NCBI GenBank assembly: GCA_034926225.1
Contig: JAYFRF010000008.1
Location: 128,132-192,131, forward strand
Length of the DNA: 64,000 bases
From: Clostridiaceae bacterium
GTDB taxonomy: Bacteria; Bacillota; Clostridia; Oscillospirales; QAMX01
Direction: 5' to 3'
Shown: piece by piece, positions 19,930 through 30,838 of the stretch
Numbering within the stretch: position 1 is the first letter of the stretch
How the letters are laid out: each line of letters begins with the position of its first letter
The notes under the pieces: model-generated
The model's input: only the letters and a program-made list of their open reading frames with translations
What the model was told of the DNA's origin: nothing
Databases searched by the model: none
Position numbers and translations under genes: made by a program

Positions 19930-20974
19930 TACGGTTCTCCATCCCCTGTTGTTCTGTCAGCATGCGCGTGAGCCCCTCGGAAAACTTTTCGAGCCTTGCG
20001 CATACCTTCGCGTAATCCATTCTCGTCGGCCCTATGATGCCGATGAGACCCTTTGCTCCATGCGCCGCTTCATAGGCCGATACAACGACCGATGCGTCGC
20101 AGAGCGGTTCCACACCGTTCTCCGTGCCGATTGAAATACGCAGCGTCTCACCCGGTTGCGGCGTCGGAAGCTTCGCCAGCGTTTCTCTGTTGGATAAGCA
20201 TTCCAAAAGCGCCCTTGCCCGATCTACGTCGCGGTACTCGGGGTATTGCAACAGCTGTGCCGCGCCGGCAAGGTATAGGTCGCGGTTCAAAATCCTGTTT
20301 AACACATCCGCGGCAAAGTCGATCGCCGCCACAAGCAGCTCCGAAATCTCCGCGCCGGTTTCAACCTCCGCACGCGCGATTCTGTCGCCGTTCATATCCC
20401 CCAGCGGGATGTTTGTAAAGTAATTGTTCAATGCCCGGTTTGCCGCGGCTACCTCAAACTCGGACAGCGGAATGTTTAAGCGGCATATGCGGTTTTTGAT
20501 CTGATCCGAGCTTGTGACCAGCACCAAGACCACCGTCGTCTTCTCAACGGCAATGACCTCGAAGCGCCGTACACTTTCCGTTTCCGCCGCCGGCGTCAGC
20601 GCGATCGCCGTGTGATGCGTCAGCTCCGACACCATTTTTCCCGCTTCGTTGATCAACCGATCCAACTCGCGCATTCGCAGTCCCAAGGCGAGCTGAACCT
20701 CCGTCATATCCTGCGCCGTTAACTGGTAACGGCTCATCAATTCGTCTACATATAACCGATACGCCGCATGGGACGGGATCCGTCCCGCCGACGTGTGCGG
20801 CTGTTCAAGATACCCGAGGTTTTCTAGCTCCGACATCTCGTTACGCACCGTCGCCGATGATACCGGCGTCGTTAAGCGTACCGCGATGGCCTTCGACCCC
20901 ACGGGCTCCGCCGTCTGGATGTAGTCATCCACCACGGCTTTCAATATCTGTTTTTTTCGATCGCTCAGCTTCAC
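19922..20974 (-). CDS. hrcA: Heat-inducible transcription repressor HrcA
   Basis: LSDRKKQILKAVVDDYI.TAEPVGSK...VSSATVRNEM..LE..GYL.QPHTSAGRIP is the HrcA N-terminal wHTH. GTG start with a GGAGG SD. First gene of hrcA-grpE-dnaK-dnaJ. Confidence 0.93.
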   Translation of the reverse strand: MKLSDRKKQILKAVVDDYIQTAEPVGSKAIAVRLTTPVSSATVRNEMSELENLGYLEQPHTSAGRIPSHAAYRLYVDELMSRYQLTAQDMTEVQLALGLRMRELDRLINEAGKMVSELTHHTAIALTPAAETESVRRFEVIAVEKTTVVLVLVTSSDQIKNRICRLNIPLSEFEVAAANRALNNYFTNIPLGDMNGDRIARAEVETGAEISELLVAAIDFAADVLNRILNRDLYLAGAAQLLQYPEYRDVDRARALLECLSNRETLAKLPTPQPGETLRISIGTENGVEPLCDASVVVSAYEAAHGAKGLIGIIGPTRMDYAKVCARLEKFSEGLTRMLTEQQGMENRNG

Positions 20975-21001
20975 GCGAACGGACCTCCTTTCCCGGACGC
21001 G

Positions 21002-21028
21002 TTAGCACTCTAATCTATCGAGTGCTAG
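21002..21028. promoter_or_regulatory. CIRCE operator (HrcA binding site) of the hrcA-dnaK operon
   Basis: TTAGCACTC-N9-GAGTGCTAG. One mismatch to the consensus TTAGCACTC-N9-GAGTGCTAA. Confidence 0.9.
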
Positions 21029-21032
21029 CAAT

Positions 21033-21061
21033 AGATTACCACGAGTGCGCGCGTTTGTCAA
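21033..21061 (-). promoter_or_regulatory. Sigma-A type promoter of the hrcA operon
   Basis: The minus strand reads TTGACA - 17 nt - TAATCT immediately upstream of CIRCE. Confidence 0.6.
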
Positions 21062-21115
21062 ATGGTATTTATACGAAATTTTCTTATTTTATGGAATCCT
21101 ATTTATGCATTTTTA

Positions 21116-21967
21116 CTAGTCTCGTACCCGCACCAGCATAGAAAGTCCAAAACAGACGCCAAGACAGAGGACAATCAGCGCGGACGCGGCACAGCCTGCA
21201 TAGTATGCCCCGATACAGCCTCCGATACCGCAAAGAAGGGCAATCAGGACGGAAAACAGTGTAAACCGACCCATACGCCCCGCGATATTGCGGGAAACGG
21301 CTGCGGGAAGGATCAAAAGTGCGTTGATGACGAGCATACCGACCCAGCGGATAGCGACCGTGACGGTGATCGCGACGACGATGGAGAAGATCAGCTCCGA
21401 CTTAAGCGGTTTGATGCCGCGGCTCCGTGCGATAGAGCGATGCAAGGAGAGCGTTACGAGGGAATTGGCCGCGAAGAGCCAATAAACAGTCACGGCAAGC
21501 AGGAGCAACAGCGCCCAGGCAAGCTCCCGCGGACGTACGCTCATCAAATCGCCGACGAGCAGCGAGGACAGCTTCGACAGTCCCGAGCCCGCCGTCGCGA
21601 GCACCAGACCGAGCGCGATACTGACAGCTGAATAGACGCCGATGATAGTATCCGCCGAGAGCTTTACACGGGATTTTGTGACGGTGACAAGCGACGCAAA
21701 GACGATGGAGAAAATGACGGCTCCCCAAAGCGGTTCCGCAAAGCCCGCAAGCGTGCCGACGACCATGCCGGTAAACGCGCCGTGACCTAAGGATTCGGAG
21801 AAAAACGACATGCGCGTGTTGACAATCATCGTCGAAAGCAGTCCAAAAAGCGGGGTGATGAGAATCACCGCGAGAAGGGCATTTTTAAAGAATAAGCCAG
21901 CCCCGGCCGCCGCCCATTCAAACGGAAGCCAGTCGATCATGCGATACCATACTTCCATGCCGCTCAC
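21116..21967 (-). CDS. Metal (Zn/Mn/Fe-type, ABC-3 family) ABC transporter permease
   Basis: 283 aa and multi-TM, with ZnuB/MntB-like organisation. Its start overlaps the upstream ATPase stop by 4 nt. Confidence 0.8.
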   Translation of the reverse strand: MSGMEVWYRMIDWLPFEWAAAGAGLFFKNALLAVILITPLFGLLSTMIVNTRMSFFSESLGHGAFTGMVVGTLAGFAEPLWGAVIFSIVFASLVTVTKSRVKLSADTIIGVYSAVSIALGLVLATAGSGLSKLSSLLVGDLMSVRPRELAWALLLLLAVTVYWLFAANSLVTLSLHRSIARSRGIKPLKSELIFSIVVAITVTVAIRWVGMLVINALLILPAAVSRNIAGRMGRFTLFSVLIALLCGIGGCIGAYYAGCAASALIVLCLGVCFGLSMLVRVRD

Positions 21968-22704
21968 CCCAGCAATTCCCGGTATTCCGGCGAGGCGATC
22001 ACCTCTTCCGGCGTACCGATGCGCAAAACTCTGTGATTTAAAAGCACCGCACGGTCGGCGTACCGGAGCACCAGCGCCGGATCGTGGGAGATCAGCAGAA
22101 CCGACAGATCGGCATGCTCCTTGACCTGTTCGACCGTCTCATAATAGATTTCGAGACCCCGGCTGTCGATGCCGGAGGAAGGTTCGTCCAAGAGCAGAAT
22201 CTGCGGCAGCGGACGCAGCGCCAGCGCCAAAAGCACCCTTTGCAGCTCACCGCCGGATAAGACGCCTACCTGCCGGTCTAGCGCGTCCTCCATCTTCACC
22301 GCCCGCAGCGCGCCGCGGATATCCTCCCGCAGTTTTTTCCCATGCGGCAGCCATACGGGTGCTCGTGAGGTACAGGCGACGAACAGATCGCAGACGGTCG
22401 CGGGATACTGCGCGTCAAATCGCGGCATTTGCGGGACATAACCGATTATTGGGCTCACCGGCTCCGTGTTATGGGCGTTGGTAAAATGGATGTCGCCCGT
22501 ATGTGCCAGTTCACTCAGGATGGCGCGCATCAGCGTCGACTTGCCCGCGCCGTTCGGCCCTACGACAGCCGTCGTCTCCCCGCAGTGCATATGGAGATTG
22601 ACATCCTCAAGGATGGTATCCGCGCCGATTTTTACACCGACGTGCTCCACCTTCGTGCAGCAGGCGATGGCGCATTCGTTATTTCCATGGGGGTTGACGC
22701 GCAT
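21964..22704 (-). CDS. Metal ABC transporter ATP-binding protein (ZnuC/MntA-like)
   Basis: Walker A GPNGAGKST, signature LSGGELQR, Walker B LLLDEPSSGID. Confidence 0.85.
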   Translation of the reverse strand: MRVNPHGNNECAIACCTKVEHVGVKIGADTILEDVNLHMHCGETTAVVGPNGAGKSTLMRAILSELAHTGDIHFTNAHNTEPVSPIIGYVPQMPRFDAQYPATVCDLFVACTSRAPVWLPHGKKLREDIRGALRAVKMEDALDRQVGVLSGGELQRVLLALALRPLPQILLLDEPSSGIDSRGLEIYYETVEQVKEHADLSVLLISHDPALVLRYADRAVLLNHRVLRIGTPEEVIASPEYRELLG

Positions 22705-22710
22705 AACTCT

Positions 22711-23616
22711 TTAGTTTCCTTCCTCGCAGAGCGCCTGCACCAATACAGCGTAGTTTTCCTTCATGATATCCAGATAATGACTGTCCTCCGTATCGGCGCT
22801 GACGAGGGAATCCACAACATATACCGCCGCGCCGGTTTCCTGCGAAACCGTAACCGCCGCGCGGTCATCGTATTGCACGTCGGCAAACAGCGCACGTACA
22901 TCGTACTTCTCGACCGCCGCGATAACCTCATTCAGCTCCTTTGCCGACGGCTCCTCATCCGGCTCCTTGGCAATCACGCCGACGACGTTCAAGCCGAAGT
23001 CCCGCGCCACGTAATCAAAGCTTTCATGGAAAATGACAATGTTCCGATTTTCTACCCCTTCAAGCTGCCCTTGATACTCCGCAAGCTGCGCGCGCACCTT
23101 TACGGCAAACGCTTCGGCATTCGCGCGGTAATCCTCCGCATAGGCGGGGTCTGCTTCCCCGAGCGCATGGGCGATATTGGCGGCCATGACGCACGCACCC
23201 TCGGCGCTCATCCATAGATGCGCGTTGTACTCTGTCTCTCCCGTGATTGACGGCAGCATGGCTGCGGTACCGATCGCTTCGGTGACCTTTACATTATTAT
23301 GCGCTTCGGTGACTTCGTCGAGGAAGCTCTCCATGCCCCCGCCGCAGGCGAGGAAAACGTCGGCCTTTTCGAGAAGCTTGCGGTCGTTCATCGTAAGCTG
23401 GTAGTCATGCAGGCATCCCGCCTGAGCAGGCGCCATGTTTTCCAGGCTGACACCGTCGATGTTCGCTGTGACTTCCTTTGCAATCAGGTATACCGGGCAA
23501 AAGGAGGTGACGACGCGCAGGCGGGCGTCGTCCGTTTCCTTCGTATTCGCCGCGCAGGCGGACAGGAGCACCATCAGCGCCATCACAAGCGGCAGCATCG
23601 TTCTAATTAAAGTCAT
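22711..23616 (-). CDS. Metal-binding lipoprotein, cluster A-I (TroA/ZnuA-like) solute-binding protein
   Basis: Lipoprotein signal (MALMVLLSAC), the VVTSF.P.Y motif, and H/D/E metal-ligand spacing typical of ZnuA/MntC-type SBPs. Metal specificity cannot be read from the sequence. Confidence 0.8.
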   Translation of the reverse strand: MTLIRTMLPLVMALMVLLSACAANTKETDDARLRVVTSFCPVYLIAKEVTANIDGVSLENMAPAQAGCLHDYQLTMNDRKLLEKADVFLACGGGMESFLDEVTEAHNNVKVTEAIGTAAMLPSITGETEYNAHLWMSAEGACVMAANIAHALGEADPAYAEDYRANAEAFAVKVRAQLAEYQGQLEGVENRNIVIFHESFDYVARDFGLNVVGVIAKEPDEEPSAKELNEVIAAVEKYDVRALFADVQYDDRAAVTVSQETGAAVYVVDSLVSADTEDSHYLDIMKENYAVLVQALCEEGN

Positions 23617-23631
23617 AGTCGCCTTTCCTTA

Positions 23632-23685
23632 TGCAAAAACGGGAAAACGGGGGAACGCCCTTCGCATCCCCGCGTCCCCCCGTTT
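23632..23685 (-). terminator. groEL terminator
   Basis: On the minus strand, AAACGGGGG ... CCCCCGTTT is followed by TCCCGTTTTTGC. It ends about 15 nt before the start codon of the metal SBP gene. Confidence 0.7.
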
Positions 23686-23705
23686 GTATCATTTGCTGTA
23701 TTCGA

Positions 23706-25340
<1,635 letters not shown>

Positions 25341-25380
25341 CTAATATCCTCCCAGTTTATAACTCTTATGATACAGGCTC

Positions 25381-25720
<340 letters not shown>

Positions 25721-25730
25721 CACAGTTAAT

Positions 25731-25759
25731 ACTATAGTGCAAATCTCTCTTTTTTTCAA
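25731..25759 (-). promoter_or_regulatory. Sigma-A type promoter of groESL
   Basis: The minus strand reads TTGAAA - 17 nt - TATAGT, with CIRCE about 10 nt downstream. Confidence 0.65.
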
Positions 25760-25869
25760 GTCCCGTTTTTCGCTTTATTTTATTCCTTTTCTCCAAAATT
25801 ATGTGTTGTCATAATATACCTTCTGATTTCATTTTCTTCCTTCCTTTTTCTCGTTTTATCTGTTGTTTT

Positions 25870-26814
25870 CTATTTGCAATCAGTAAAATCAAGCTGTACC
25901 CCCATGTTTCTCAGAAGGTGCGCACCATCCGGCACGACGAATTTCAGTGCATTCCTGACCAAGCGGATTTCCGCGCGGTCTGTGACAAGGATATCGCCGT
26001 CATAACAGATCGGCTCCGGCCGCTCAGAGACAAGCGTCAGGGTATGCGCGCGGCGGTAGAGCTGAAGTCTGCCAAGCTCGCGGTGACGCCCGGAAGCATA
26101 CAACGGCAGCATCCGAAGCATCGCCGCGCGGCTGACCTTGCGGATGCCGACTATATCAAAGGCGCCGTCATCCGGCTCAGCCTCCGGCACGGCGTAGAAC
26201 CCGCCGCCGTAGTAGCGTCCGTTGGCGGCTACCATCAAGGCGATATCCATGTCGAACGGTTCCCCATCGATTTCAATATGATAGCGGCGATTGATCTTTT
26301 GAAAAAAGTTGATCGCCAAAGAGAGCTTATACGGAAAGCCGCCTCCGAACAGGCATTTTCGCTTATTACGAACCACCCAATACGCGATACGCGCGTCGAT
26401 CCCCGCGTCGCAGATATTGATCGCGTAGCGGTCGTTGACCGCAAGCGCGTCCATGAACTCGGCTTTGCCGCGTACCTGTGCGGGGATACTGCGAAAAAGT
26501 TCCGGTTTGTCGAATATTTTAATGAAATCGTTTCCCGTACCGTAGGGCAGACAGGCGATTTCGACATTATCAAGCCCGATCGCGCCGTTGACAACCTCCG
26601 AGAGCGTACCATCGCCCCCGCAGGCATAGAACCGACAGATTCTCGGCGCCACCTTCTCGGCGATCTGACGGACAAGCGCTGTCGCGTTTCCCGGCCCCGT
26701 GGTCACACGGATTTCGTAATCGAAGCCTTCCATTTCGCTCAAGACTTCCTTACGAATACGTTCCGTACTGTTTTGCAGCCCTGCCGCCGGATTGATCAAA
26801 AAAATATGCTTCAA
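25870..26814 (-). CDS. Diacylglycerol/lipid kinase, YegS/BmrU family
   Basis: IFLINPAAG ... ACGGDGTLSEVVNG ... LPYGTGNDF are the DAGK catalytic-domain motifs. Confidence 0.8.
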   Translation of the reverse strand: MKHIFLINPAAGLQNSTERIRKEVLSEMEGFDYEIRVTTGPGNATALVRQIAEKVAPRICRFYACGGDGTLSEVVNGAIGLDNVEIACLPYGTGNDFIKIFDKPELFRSIPAQVRGKAEFMDALAVNDRYAINICDAGIDARIAYWVVRNKRKCLFGGGFPYKLSLAINFFQKINRRYHIEIDGEPFDMDIALMVAANGRYYGGGFYAVPEAEPDDGAFDIVGIRKVSRAAMLRMLPLYASGRHRELGRLQLYRRAHTLTLVSERPEPICYDGDILVTDRAEIRLVRNALKFVVPDGAHLLRNMGVQLDFTDCK

Positions 26815-26939
26815 TACCCCTCATTCCTTCCGCCCCAAGTTTCTCCGTTTTCATTTAGAATACAACTATTTTCGTCAAAAGGCAAGAGTGTTCGTTAATT
26901 ATTATTGATCGATCCGGTGTATTATACGCGCTCGCTGAT

Positions 26940-26990
26940 AAGAAAAGCGCCCAGGAGACAAATCAGTCCCTTGAGCGCTTGCTTTTTAAC
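26940..26990 (-). terminator. Possible terminator after the 27005..28180 gene
   Basis: On the minus strand, an imperfect stem AAGCGCTCAAGGGA ... TCTCCTGGGCGCTT is followed by TTCTTATC. It needs G-U pairs and mismatches. Confidence 0.4.
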
Positions 26991-27004
26991 TTATATTGCT
27001 AATT

Positions 27005-28180
27005 TTATACTTCAGGAACGCTGATCTCCACCTCGCGGCCGATCTTTGCGGAGCGGTTGATACCGTCGATGATCGCCTGGTTGTAGATGATCTGGGAGGA
27101 CGGTACGGGCGCGGGACGGTTGTAGAGAATCGCATCGAGGAAGGAACGGATCTTCTGATCAAAGAGACCGCCCTCGAAGGGGTTCTTCACGATCGGGATG
27201 ATCGTCTCGGTCTGCTCGCCCGCAACCTCGTGATACAGCGTCATCGGACCGCCGACGGTGCCGTTCCAGCAGTCGGTGGACGGGATACGCAGGCCGGCCT
27301 TCGTGCCGAGGATGATCGTGTCGCCGGGGGTGTTGATGTTCATCGCCCACGCGATACGGAAGTCGAGGATGATGCCGCCCTCAAGACGGATGAACGCCGC
27401 CGCGAAATCGTCGACGCCGAAAGCCTTGGCATACTCCGGATGGCCGCGGCCGATGAAGGTCGCCGGGTTTTTGCCGAAGAAGTCGGAGGTGTAGCCGGAA
27501 ACGGTCAAAGGCTTCGGATAGCCGATCGCGTTGAGAACCATATCGAGCGAGTAGCAGCCGATATCGCCGAGCGCGCCGATGCCGCCGGTTTCCTTCGCGA
27601 TGAAGGAGGTGCCAAAGGGGGTCGGAATGCCGCGGCGACGGCCGCCGCCGGTCTGTATATAATAGATCTGACCCAGTTCGCCCGACTCGACGATCTTCTT
27701 GATCATCTGCATATTCGCGTCAAAGCGGGGCTGGAAGCCGATGGAAAGCACCTTGCCGGACGCCTTCTCAGCCTTGCGGATCTCGACAGCTTCCTCGAGC
27801 GTCACGCACATAGGCTTTTCGAGGAGGACGTTTACACCGCGGTTGAGCGCGTCGATCGTCGGCACCGCATGCGCCATGTTGTAGGTACAGACGGAAACCG
27901 CGTCAAGCTGCTCGTTTTCAAGCATGGAGAGGTGATCGGGATAAAGACGGACGCCCTCGACGCCGTGCTTCTTGAAAAACGCATCCGCCTTGCCGGGGAT
28001 CAAGTCCGCGCCCGCGACGATATCGACGTCGGGCTGTTTCAAATAGCTCATCATATGGGAATCGGCAATCCAACCGGTACCGATGATACCGACCTTTAAG
28101 CGGCGGCCGTTTTTGCAGCACTTGCAGCCGTCCTCGACCGGCGCGTCAATGTTTGTTAAGACGTCATCTGCTTTTTTCAT
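27005..28180 (-). CDS. Gfo/Idh/MocA-family NAD(P)-dependent oxidoreductase
   Basis: Rossmann N-terminus LKVGIIGTGWIADSH, the EKP motif (LLEKPM), and a C-terminal alpha/beta domain. AGGAGG SD. Confidence 0.85.
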   Translation of the reverse strand: MKKADDVLTNIDAPVEDGCKCCKNGRRLKVGIIGTGWIADSHMMSYLKQPDVDIVAGADLIPGKADAFFKKHGVEGVRLYPDHLSMLENEQLDAVSVCTYNMAHAVPTIDALNRGVNVLLEKPMCVTLEEAVEIRKAEKASGKVLSIGFQPRFDANMQMIKKIVESGELGQIYYIQTGGGRRRGIPTPFGTSFIAKETGGIGALGDIGCYSLDMVLNAIGYPKPLTVSGYTSDFFGKNPATFIGRGHPEYAKAFGVDDFAAAFIRLEGGIILDFRIAWAMNINTPGDTIILGTKAGLRIPSTDCWNGTVGGPMTLYHEVAGEQTETIIPIVKNPFEGGLFDQKIRSFLDAILYNRPAPVPSSQIIYNQAIIDGINRSAKIGREVEISVPEV

Positions 28181-28218
28181 GACTACTCGTCCTCCTAAAA
28201 AGAGATAAGGTATGGTTT

Positions 28219-28247
28219 ATTGTAGCATACCTTTTTTTGTTTTGCAA
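28219..28247 (-). promoter_or_regulatory. Sigma-A type promoter for the 27005..28180 oxidoreductase gene
   Basis: The minus strand reads TTGCAA - 17 nt - TACAAT, about 35 nt upstream of the start codon. Confidence 0.6.
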
Positions 28248-28282
28248 GGGTTTTAGGTAAGATTTAAAGCATCTAACCAAGC

Positions 28283-28640
28283 CTTCCCCAGGGGGAAGCT
28301 TGTCGGAGGGGGCGCTTCTCGCCCCCCTCCGACACCACCCTCCGCGCTACTTTCTTTGCCCCGGCAAAGAAAGTAACAAAGAAAGCCGTCTTAGGAGGAC
28401 TAAAGTCCTCCTAAGAACCCCCCCGGAACGGCGGCGACTTCGCGCCGCTTATACGGGGGAGTCTACGGGGATCTGTGCGACAATTTTTTGCTTCGCCCGT
28501 AACTTTTCTCTCGTATAAAAAAACGCCCTCAGGCGTTTTTTACTCACGTCCCTAAAAAGATGCTTTCTTATCCAATATTCTTTCTCTCGGAGAAAGAATA
28601 TTGGCGTGGGTGGTCTGGAGGGGCGAGGAGCCCCTCCAGA
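28283..28640. repeat. Cluster of eight independent near-perfect hairpins/palindromes (one is a canonical bidirectional terminator)
   Basis: H1 28283..28298 CTTCCCC/GGGGAAG. H2 28302..28333 GTCGGAGGGGG/CCCCCTCCGAC. H3 28349..28374 ACTTTCTTTGCC/GGCAAAGAAAGT. H4 28390..28415 CTTAGGAGGAC/GTCCTCCTAAG. H5 28431..28448 GCGGCG/CGCCGC. H6 28516..28541 AAAAAAACGCC/GGCGTTTTTT (terminator). H7 28572..28604 CCAATATTCTTTCTC/GAGAAAGAATATTGG (15 bp, perfect). H8 28614..28640 TCTGGAGGGGC/GCCCCTCCAGA. Confidence 0.8.
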
Positions 28641-28674
28641 AGGTATGATTCTGTACAAAGCTAAAGTAGAGCGG

Positions 28675-30828
28675 TCACAGTGTAATGATATGCACCGTCG
28701 CGATACGATCCGCCGAGCCGACGGCCAGCGTACGCTCGTCATGCGACAGCACGATGCTTGACAGCACGTTCGATTCCGTCGGACGATAGAAGCCGACGCT
28801 GTTGTAACTCAGGATACCGAGCTGACGTAAGCCCTCGTCGTCGTCATAGGTGAAGATATAGCCCATGTCCTCTTCATCGCCTGCGACGCCCCAAAGCTTC
28901 GTCTTCGCAGCGTTCGTACACATGCAGCGTACCGGACCGTATGCGGCCGCGCCGCCGAGGCAGTAGACTTTCCCATCCGCGCTGACCATCGCCAAAAGCG
29001 CGTCCATCGTGCCGACGATCGCGCGCCCGTCATGCCACGCGGCTGTCGCAGACGCTTTCGCGCGGTACCGCCGTCCCGTGGCTTCCGGCAGCCGGATGCC
29101 TTCGTCCACGGCCACCGGCTGAGGCAGGATATTTGCGCGGAGCCATTCGCGATACTCGCCGTCGATCGCGGAAAAATCCTCGCGCGAGAGGATATCATGA
29201 CCCTGAATGCGGAACACATACGCCGCCTCGCCGAAGCTCCCCTTCGCCCCGGTGACAACATGCAGCACATCCTTCTCATCGAACGCCATACCGATCACCT
29301 TCGCGTCCTCGATATGGTCGCAGAGTTCGCCTTTTTCGCCGATCTCGCGCCAGATGCGTACAGGATATGCGCGATCGATCGGGAACGCCTGGAATGGGTT
29401 GTTTTCGCTGTTCTCCTCCCCCGCCGTATTCTTCCTCGCACGCGCCTCAGCACGCTTGCGGATTTCCTCGTCCGTCAGCCTGACCGGATAGAAAATCGAA
29501 TGCGTCGTAACGGGTCCCTGTTCGTACATATATGGCCGGAACTCGGGTAAGTCAATGCGTACGACATCCGGGCCGTTCTCCCCAAAGCCGTGACCGACGT
29601 TGACAATATAGAGGATATCGCGGATATGGTCGCAAGCCATCTCCGTCGACCGGTTATGGACATAGTCCGGCGTACCGACCATCCCTAAAAGCTCAGGCTG
29701 GCCCCCATGCGTGATATCCCAGCGGCACAGATACTGCCCCGGGGTGTATCTGACATCCTCATCCGTGTCATAAGGACGCGTCTGCAGAATATACCACAGC
29801 ACACCGTATTTATCCATTGTCATGCAGTTGTTGCCCGTCGCGGACTTTGCCGACTGCGGACGCACAAGGTCGGTCACCTGCTCGCCATCCTTAAAGGGCA
29901 GAAGCTTGCCCGCCGATGTGATCTTTTTTGTCGCAAACTCGAGTCTATATAGGTCATAGGCATAAGGGTGGAACATGTAGAGGTATTTGCCGTCGGCGGA
30001 ATTTTCCGCCTGCCCGAGGTAGCGGTACCATGTGTTGTTGACATACCGGGGATTCCCCTCGGGGGAGTAATATGCCGGCACCTCTGCGCCGAGATCAACA
30101 AGTTTGTTCTCTTCCGTATCGATCATGAACGGGAAACCGGACTTCGTGCAGCCGTAGATATTGCCGTCCGCGCCGAGCGCCAGGCGGAAACAGAACACCT
30201 CGGCGGCTTTGCCGAGATCCTTCGTCACGCGGCGGGTATCGATATCGAAGCTGTAGACATGGCCGCGCATGAAGCCGATCATGTAAAGGCGGCGGTGCTT
30301 CGGGTCATATTTCGCGCCGTAAATCGATTCGTGCGGCACGGGGGTACCCCAGCTTTCGGCATGCCCTGTTATCGGGTCGTAGACGAGAATCTGCGAACCG
30401 GGGAAGCCCTCCCAGACATGGTTCTGGTGTCCGAACGGCATCCATTCCGTATGATGCTTTGCGCGGTCGGTGGAATGCGTCGTCGCGATGACGAGGTAGT
30501 CCTCCGGCTTGTCGCCTGTCGGGATGAAGTTGATCGACGTATGCAGCTTGGAATGCGGCAGCTGGCGCTCCTGCGGCAAAACAAGGTCTCCCGCATAAAA
30601 GCAGAGCACGAGTTTGTTTGTGTCGCGGTCATAGCGCACGAGCTTTGCATGGTCGCATTTCCCGGATTCGGAGGAAAGCGTCGTATAGAAGGTGCCGTCG
30701 GGCGCGCAGTCGCCGTCCCAGCAGCAGTTGAAGTTCTCGTTGCCGGGCATCCAGGGCTTCGCCTCATGCACACCGGTTTGATTGATCACGCGGTAATAAT
30801 CGTCGGAAAACTGATCGAAGTAGTACAT
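28675..30828 (-). CDS. Uncharacterised ~715-aa cytoplasmic beta-propeller-like protein, paralog 1 of 4 (last gene of the operon)
   Basis: 717 aa with no signal peptide. It aligns over its full length with the products of 31687..33840, 33837..36011 and 38240..40384. AGGAGG SD (AGGAGGCTAACTATG). Confidence 0.85.
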   Translation of the reverse strand: MYYFDQFSDDYYRVINQTGVHEAKPWMPGNENFNCCWDGDCAPDGTFYTTLSSESGKCDHAKLVRYDRDTNKLVLCFYAGDLVLPQERQLPHSKLHTSINFIPTGDKPEDYLVIATTHSTDRAKHHTEWMPFGHQNHVWEGFPGSQILVYDPITGHAESWGTPVPHESIYGAKYDPKHRRLYMIGFMRGHVYSFDIDTRRVTKDLGKAAEVFCFRLALGADGNIYGCTKSGFPFMIDTEENKLVDLGAEVPAYYSPEGNPRYVNNTWYRYLGQAENSADGKYLYMFHPYAYDLYRLEFATKKITSAGKLLPFKDGEQVTDLVRPQSAKSATGNNCMTMDKYGVLWYILQTRPYDTDEDVRYTPGQYLCRWDITHGGQPELLGMVGTPDYVHNRSTEMACDHIRDILYIVNVGHGFGENGPDVVRIDLPEFRPYMYEQGPVTTHSIFYPVRLTDEEIRKRAEARARKNTAGEENSENNPFQAFPIDRAYPVRIWREIGEKGELCDHIEDAKVIGMAFDEKDVLHVVTGAKGSFGEAAYVFRIQGHDILSREDFSAIDGEYREWLRANILPQPVAVDEGIRLPEATGRRYRAKASATAAWHDGRAIVGTMDALLAMVSADGKVYCLGGAAAYGPVRCMCTNAAKTKLWGVAGDEEDMGYIFTYDDDEGLRQLGILSYNSVGFYRPTESNVLSSIVLSHDERTLAVGSADRIATVHIITL

Positions 30829-30838
30829 AGTTAGCCTC

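Noticed and set aside
28300-28742. ORFs of 72 aa (plus) and 97 aa (minus) across the hairpin cluster
   Set aside because: The frames are made of back-to-back palindromes, have no SD and are low-complexity. The region is better explained as structured non-coding DNA.
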